Source: a virus
Lineage: Duplodnaviria; Caudoviricetes
Reading direction: 5' to 3' (one strand)
Length of the DNA: 30,637 bases
IMG/VR virus record: IMGVR_UViG_3300038316_000276
Span: 1 to 30,637 of that record
The notes under the pieces are model-generated. The model searched no databases and was not told the origin of the DNA. It saw nothing but the letters and a program-made list of their open reading frames with translations. A program made the translations under genes and the position numbers. Positions 25,499 through 30,637 of the stretch are shown here, one piece after another; the stretch's first letter is position 1, and every line of letters starts with the position of its first letter.

Positions 25499-27716
25499 CC
25501 GAGACAAACTAACCCACCTGATAAAAAAGGCAGCTCCTTTCATTGCCAATGTTTCAGGGGATGTAAACGAGGAAACCGTCAGCCAGGATATTCAAGCAAT
25601 CCTGATGGCAATGGAAACGCATAAGGCCGGGGCTGATCATGAGCCCTACGATCATGCCTGGGCGGGAAACAACAGCTTCCTTAAAGATATTTTAGTCAAT
25701 ACTATCCTTCCACTGATGCCTGACACGTACGATATAGGCTCTGATACCTACCGCTTCAGGAAAGGGTTCTTTTCCGAGTTATCCAGCCTGATCTTCAAAA
25801 AAGAGAATGTTGTGATCATGGATGGACAGTTCCTGGTAACAAAAATGGCAGGGGCACTACCAGCCGACACAATGCTTGGTACCACGATTGACTTCGGAAG
25901 AACCATGACTGTAGGTGATTTCGTTTTGTTCAGGAATGAAGGACAAGTCGAATATATGAAGATCACCTTTGCAGCTGGTGGCACACTCTATAGAGTGTTA
26001 CGCAACCTGGATGGTAGTGGGGCAAATAATTGGTTGGAAGGTACACCCTTTGCAGTCCTGGGCAGTGAGGGAGAGGGCTGGCTTGAACTCAACGCTGTCG
26101 ATCGCAAGCGGTTCAGTGTCTGGGCACAGGGCAGCGCTTACAACAACAGTTTGGAGATCGGCAGGTACGGCGATATCACCGGCTGGCAGAACGCTACTTT
26201 CACCGGAATAGGAATCGCCCTTGGTGATTATGCCAATGGCAAGTACCTGGTTTACACAACTGTAAATGGGATGGTGATCAACGGTGGAACCATCATAGCT
26301 GGCAATGGCAATGTAGTTATTGATCAAAATGGCTTACGTATATATTCAAACACTGTGTACAACGCGTTTGTTGACCCTTCCTCCATAAAATTCATTCATG
26401 ATGGAACCACATTCGGTGCGATTCAGGGCGCTGGCTCTCCTTCAGATGTTGGTATCAGTATGAAAATCGAAGGAGCTCCAGGACAGGCGGTAAGCGATTT
26501 GGACATCGCCATAGCCAAAGGTACTGGAATAGCTCGTAAGCTCCTGAACACTTTCAGGGAGTCAACTTCTTCCCCCTACGTTTTGGATAAGGCGACCTAT
26601 AATAACAAAGTTTCCGAATCGGAGTCATTGATAGAGATTGAAGCTGAACATAATCATTTGAATTCGGATCCAGTCCATTACCACACTGCTCTTCTGAAAT
26701 TGTGGGCGACTATCGCGGAATCATTGATATCCCTTTCTGCTGACAAGGTAGAAATCACTGCTCCAAATGGGATCACTGTCAACAACCCAATCATCTTGCC
26801 GGCGACGGACCCAACCCTGCCCAATCATGCAGTCAGAAAAGCTTATGTCGACATGATGGCTGGCGGCGGAGGTGGTGTAACAGATCACGGAGCTCTTTCA
26901 GGGTTGCTTGACAATGATCACCCTCAATACTTGCTTGCTGGCAGCCAGGCAGCAGATAGCAACAAACTGAATGGTCAGCTGGCCTCTTATTATGCCATTG
27001 CAGCTCATAATCACGCTGGGCTATATGTGGATCTGACTTCTGGGCAAACAATTGCTGGCACGAAAACGTTCAGTGTCTTGCCAGTATTGCCTACCAGTAC
27101 GCCGGGTGTGAACAACCCTGTCAGGAAAGGGTATGCCGACGCGACATATGTGGGCTTGACCGGAGACGAAACCATTGCGGGCGTCAAAACTTTTTCATCC
27201 ATTCCGGTGCTGCCGGCAACTAACCCGACACTTGCAAACCAGGCGGTAAGAAAAGGGTATGCAGACGCGGCATATCTCAGTATCAGCGGAAAGGCGGCTG
27301 ATGCTGACAAACTGGACGGAGTTGATAGCTCAGCTTTTGGCCGTCCCGTCTTTTTGACAACCCCACTCACTTCTACCGCTTGGGACGGTGACGCTTATTC
27401 CACCACACTTAAGACGAAGATTGACCTGAGTAGCGTGTTCAGTGTTCCGGCGGGAGTAAAAGCGGTGCTGGTGCAATTAATTGCACGTGATTCTGGGAGC
27501 GCCGCTTCAACTAACATATTTTTTGGCATTAGTCCGAATAACACGGATGCGTCCTGCCCTGTCATGGCAGTCGGACGCGGATTGCCTAACGACACGTTAG
27601 TCTATGCGACTGGCGTATGTCCTTGCGATGCTAACGGTGACATCTATTACCAGATTGTCGCAAGCGGTGTGGGCACAATGGACTGCTACATCAGAATCTG
27701 GGGGTACTGGCTATGA
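25491..27716 (+). CDS. Tail fibre / receptor-binding protein
   Basis: Gly/Thr-rich with fibre motifs (DHGALSGL.DNDHPQY, AADSNKLNG, TIAGTKTFS, AADADKLDG) and a C-terminal beta domain. Confidence 0.82.
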   Translation: MANRDKLTHLIKKAAPFIANVSGDVNEETVSQDIQAILMAMETHKAGADHEPYDHAWAGNNSFLKDILVNTILPLMPDTYDIGSDTYRFRKGFFSELSSLIFKKENVVIMDGQFLVTKMAGALPADTMLGTTIDFGRTMTVGDFVLFRNEGQVEYMKITFAAGGTLYRVLRNLDGSGANNWLEGTPFAVLGSEGEGWLELNAVDRKRFSVWAQGSAYNNSLEIGRYGDITGWQNATFTGIGIALGDYANGKYLVYTTVNGMVINGGTIIAGNGNVVIDQNGLRIYSNTVYNAFVDPSSIKFIHDGTTFGAIQGAGSPSDVGISMKIEGAPGQAVSDLDIAIAKGTGIARKLLNTFRESTSSPYVLDKATYNNKVSESESLIEIEAEHNHLNSDPVHYHTALLKLWATIAESLISLSADKVEITAPNGITVNNPIILPATDPTLPNHAVRKAYVDMMAGGGGGVTDHGALSGLLDNDHPQYLLAGSQAADSNKLNGQLASYYAIAAHNHAGLYVDLTSGQTIAGTKTFSVLPVLPTSTPGVNNPVRKGYADATYVGLTGDETIAGVKTFSSIPVLPATNPTLANQAVRKGYADAAYLSISGKAADADKLDGVDSSAFGRPVFLTTPLTSTAWDGDAYSTTLKTKIDLSSVFSVPAGVKAVLVQLIARDSGSAASTNIFFGISPNNTDASCPVMAVGRGLPNDTLVYATGVCPCDANGDIYYQIVASGVGTMDCYIRIWGYWL
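26790..27280 (+). repeat. Internal tail-fibre repeats
   Basis: LPATDPTLPNHAVRKAYVD / LPTSTPGVNNPVRKGYADA / LPATNPTLANQAVRKGYADA, plus two copies of YV.LT...TIAG.KTFS. Confidence 0.8.
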
Positions 27717-27823
27717 CACAAGCATTCGGCATTGTGTCATTAGCAAGCAATATGTTTACAGCTCAAGTACAAGCTCTGGCTACAACGGCAACTGACATTC
27801 AGATATTTGGATATTTTACGTAG
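27713..27823 (+). pseudogene. 36-codon remnant resembling an alternative tail-fibre C-terminus
   Basis: MTQAFGIVSLASNMFTAQVQALATTATDIQIFGYFT* ends like the fibre (..DCYIRIWGYWL*). Its stop overlaps the endolysin RBS. Confidence 0.5.
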
Positions 27824-27831
27824 GAGAACCA

Positions 27832-29295
27832 ATGACCTTACCTTATGGCGTTGACATTTCATCACACCAGTATTCAGCCGATGGCAGACAGAAGGTGAAT
27901 TTTGCGATGTTAAACCCGTTGATCAAGTTTTGCGGCGTACGTGCAGGGATCAGCTGGGGATACACCGACCGCTGGTATGCCTATTCAAAAGCCAACCTGA
28001 CCGTGCCCCGAATGGACTACCATGTAATCTATCCAGGTGAAGATGCGAACCGGCAAATGGATCACTTTTTGCGAATCACCAACCCACAGGAACACGACCG
28101 ACTGGTGCTCGACCTGGAGCTGGATCACGGGTACAGCAAGTACCGGATCACTCAGACCGTGAACGCTTGTTTGCAGCGCCTGCATACTGAGGCTGGCAGA
28201 TACCCGGTCATCTATTCGAGAGCCTACTGGGTGAATGAGCACTTGAATGTCGCAGATATGCCCCCTAACCTGGATTGGTGGATCGCGCATTACTTGACCC
28301 AATTGCCGGCACCTGCTTACACTCCGGAAAAGAATCCGCCGCCGTTTTTGCCGAATGGCGTGAATACCTGGTTGATTCATCAGACCGGAGACAGAGCCAA
28401 CGGCGCGGCGCATGGTGTGGCAAGCCATTACATTGATACCAATCGCTGGAATGGTACGGAGGATGATATCAAAGCGTACTTTGGGGTTAAAGAGGAATCG
28501 CATGAGGTGTATCTGCCAATCGTTACTGTTCCAGAGCCCGATCCAGAGGGAAAGCCGGAACCGGAGCCTGAACGTCCTTTGTATAAGGCGACTGTGAAAA
28601 AGATAGCTCCGGTCAGGTTGAAGGTGAGACCGAAGCCAGGATCAACCAAAGTTGTCGGATCACTTACGGCTGGGGAGCAAGTGAATGTGTACGAGGAGTA
28701 CGAACGCTGGGCACGGATCGGCATAGGGGAATGGTTTACGGAGCGATACCTGCAAAGGATTGTTGAAAAAGATGATCGCAATTTGCTAACTGTGCCGCTC
28801 TGGAATCAGCGGGATCCACGTTGGGAGTGGTTGAAAATGGGGAAATCCGGGATCACGATAGGTCAACAAGGTTGTTTGGTGACGGATACAGCTGCCTGCC
28901 TTTCCCTGTTACTTGGTAGAGAAATGACACCCCTGGAATATGCCCAGTTATTGAATTCCAAATACGGGTATGAGCCGAATGAGGATGGCTCGCCATCCAA
29001 CAGAATGTATTGGCAAATGCCGCCATTACACTATGGCACCCCGCTGATTTGTTTCAAGGCATTTCCTTCCGGAAGAGGTTGGGAGAGTACGGTCCAAGGA
29101 TTGATCGATCAAGGTTTGCCGGCGATGGGCAGAGTGGATATGCTGCCTGGTGCCGGGTATCTGCAGCACTGGATCACGTTTTTGGGCAGAACTGACAATA
29201 CCTGGTGGATCCATGATCCCTGGTATGGCACTGTAGCTGCTTTGACGGCGAGGTACGACAAGGTATTTCATATTTCTGCGTATGGCAGGGTATGA
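27832..29295 (+). CDS. Endolysin: GH25 muramidase + SH3b + C39-like peptidase
   Basis: GVDISSHQ, LVLDLE, WLIHQ..IDTN (GH25); Pro/Glu linker; LKVRPKPG..WARIG (SH3b); NQRDPRW..GCLVT..QHWI..IHDPW (C39-like). Confidence 0.9.
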   Translation: MTLPYGVDISSHQYSADGRQKVNFAMLNPLIKFCGVRAGISWGYTDRWYAYSKANLTVPRMDYHVIYPGEDANRQMDHFLRITNPQEHDRLVLDLELDHGYSKYRITQTVNACLQRLHTEAGRYPVIYSRAYWVNEHLNVADMPPNLDWWIAHYLTQLPAPAYTPEKNPPPFLPNGVNTWLIHQTGDRANGAAHGVASHYIDTNRWNGTEDDIKAYFGVKEESHEVYLPIVTVPEPDPEGKPEPEPERPLYKATVKKIAPVRLKVRPKPGSTKVVGSLTAGEQVNVYEEYERWARIGIGEWFTERYLQRIVEKDDRNLLTVPLWNQRDPRWEWLKMGKSGITIGQQGCLVTDTAACLSLLLGREMTPLEYAQLLNSKYGYEPNEDGSPSNRMYWQMPPLHYGTPLICFKAFPSGRGWESTVQGLIDQGLPAMGRVDMLPGAGYLQHWITFLGRTDNTWWIHDPWYGTVAALTARYDKVFHISAYGRV

Positions 29296-29330
29296 GAAGG
29301 TCTCCTTATTAGTTCAAAACAGTTGCAAAC

Positions 29331-29365
29331 AGAGATTGAACCCCCCATAGGGGGCCTCAATCTCT
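29331..29365. terminator. Hairpin between the convergent endolysin and integrase genes
   Basis: AGAGATTGA.CCCCC-cata-GGGGG..TCAATCTCT. Confidence 0.65.
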
Positions 29366-29432
29366 ACGTTTTCCCGGAAACGACCGAAAGCGGAAATCCC
29401 GCGTACACGAGGGCATAAATAACAGAGGGGGG

Positions 29433-30356
29433 TCAGAGCCCCCAATTTGTGACAGGGCTTGCGCGGCGGTGGGCGGCCTGGATGTCGACCTGAGCGATAG
29501 ACAGATACCGCTTGACCATGTCCAAGGTTGAGTGTCCCAAAATCCTCTGGAGTGTGTAGATGTCTCCGCCATTTCTCAAGAAGTTGATGGCGAAGGTATG
29601 GCGGAATCGGTGGACTGTTGGATCCTGAACACCAGCGCGCTCACCCAGGCGGTAGATAGATTTGAGGAAGTTGTCGCGGTGAATATGAGTCCCATTCATA
29701 GTCGCAAAGGCTGGTGAATTGATGACCATATCAGGGCGTGTCGAAAAGTAAGTCCACATTGCCTGGGAGGTTCTGCTTGAGATCGGGATCTGTCGCTCTT
29801 TTCTGCCTTTTCCCATCACCATGATGTTTCGATTGCGCAGATCCACATCCTTAAACTTCAGGTTGCAGTACTCACTTACTCGGATCCCGGTATCGAGAAG
29901 CAACAGCAAGCTTGTTTTCAGGCGCTTTCCTTCCGGGAAATCAGTTGCAGACTCTCGCTGGCCTGGAAGCAGGTAAGCCTTCCTTTTTTCACAGCTGGCC
30001 AGCATTGCTTTGATGTCTGATTCTGTATAAGGCACTATGGCCAATTGATCCGGCCGAGGAGGTGTGTATTGTTGGGGCACTTTTTCATCCACCAGCTTCT
30101 GCTGGTATGCCCAGGTCCAGAGAGCTGAAAGCCCCGTATGGTAGTTTTTCAGGGTTTTTTTGCTGAGATGCTGGTGCTGGCTGATAAAACCAGCAATATG
30201 CTCAACGTTGATCTCATTAATCAGCAGATCATCGCCGATAAAGCGTTGGAACTTGCGAAAGGTGTTGAAGTAGTCCGCCAGGGTATTTGGTGAGAGCTTT
30301 GGCTCTGCAAAAAGGATATAACCTTCGAGTGCTTGAGTAAAAGTAAGTTGTTTCAT
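29433..30356 (-). CDS. int: Phage integrase (tyrosine recombinase)
   Basis: TGIRVSE, GKGRKER, HRFRHTF and LGHSTLDMVKRY; adjacent to att. Confidence 0.95.
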   Translation of the reverse strand: MKQLTFTQALEGYILFAEPKLSPNTLADYFNTFRKFQRFIGDDLLINEINVEHIAGFISQHQHLSKKTLKNYHTGLSALWTWAYQQKLVDEKVPQQYTPPRPDQLAIVPYTESDIKAMLASCEKRKAYLLPGQRESATDFPEGKRLKTSLLLLLDTGIRVSEYCNLKFKDVDLRNRNIMVMGKGRKERQIPISSRTSQAMWTYFSTRPDMVINSPAFATMNGTHIHRDNFLKSIYRLGERAGVQDPTVHRFRHTFAINFLRNGGDIYTLQRILGHSTLDMVKRYLSIAQVDIQAAHRRASPVTNWGL

Positions 30357-30421
30357 GTCCGTGCTGCCTCCTGAACAGCAAATAGTGGTTGGTGTAACGC
30401 ATGGAGCACTTGGGAATAATA

Positions 30422-30457
30422 AAAGAGCACCAGCTTTTTTTTATACTGGTGCCCTTT
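30422..30457 (-). terminator. Intrinsic terminator downstream of tRNA-Val (phage-supplied)
   Basis: Minus strand AAAGGGCACCAG...CTGGTGCTCTTT followed by TATTATT. Confidence 0.6.
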
Positions 30458-30534
30458 CTTACTTTAGCCTTGCTGTTCGAAACTTCTTATCCTTGCTATC
30501 TCAAGGTATATTCCCCTCGTTGAGAGGGGCAAAA

Positions 30535-30609
<75 letters not shown>

Positions 30610-30621
30610 CAGAGTGTCAAG

Positions 30622-30630
30622 ATTATAGCA
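30622..30630 (-). promoter_or_regulatory. Extended -10 promoter element of tRNA-Val
   Basis: TGCTATAAT on the minus strand, 12 bp upstream of the tRNA. Confidence 0.65.
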
Positions 30631-30637
30631 AACCCAT

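Noticed and set aside
25491-27823. Diversity-generating retroelement or shufflon acting on the tail fibre
   Set aside because: No reverse transcriptase, no template/variable repeat pair differing at adenines, and no inverted cassettes seen.

Overview
The window is almost exactly one apparently intact temperate siphovirus-type prophage, about 30.5 kb. It is integrated in the 3' half of a host tRNA-Val(CAC) gene, with a 45-bp direct repeat at 32-76 and 30535-30579. Gene order: DEDDh-BRCT exonuclease and CI repressor (minus strand); Cro; an early operon carrying a second tyrosine recombinase with its own dif-like site, a stand-alone LexA DNA-binding domain, a replication initiator with internal iterons, a minimal PolX and an ASCH protein; an accessory block (Cas2/VapD-like protein, methyltransferase-Mrr fusion, a tRNA, structured non-coding DNA); holin; HNH/terminase/portal/ClpP/scaffold/capsid; neck and tail genes with a -1 frameshifted chaperone; a tail fibre; a GH25-SH3-C39 endolysin; and the integrase. 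The most unusual element is the phage tRNA at 9804-9876. It has a serine anticodon (GCT) on a short-variable-loop body carrying arginine identity elements, so it is a candidate Ser-to-Arg mistranslating or non-canonical tRNA. All protein calls come from reading motifs by eye; no database searches were run.
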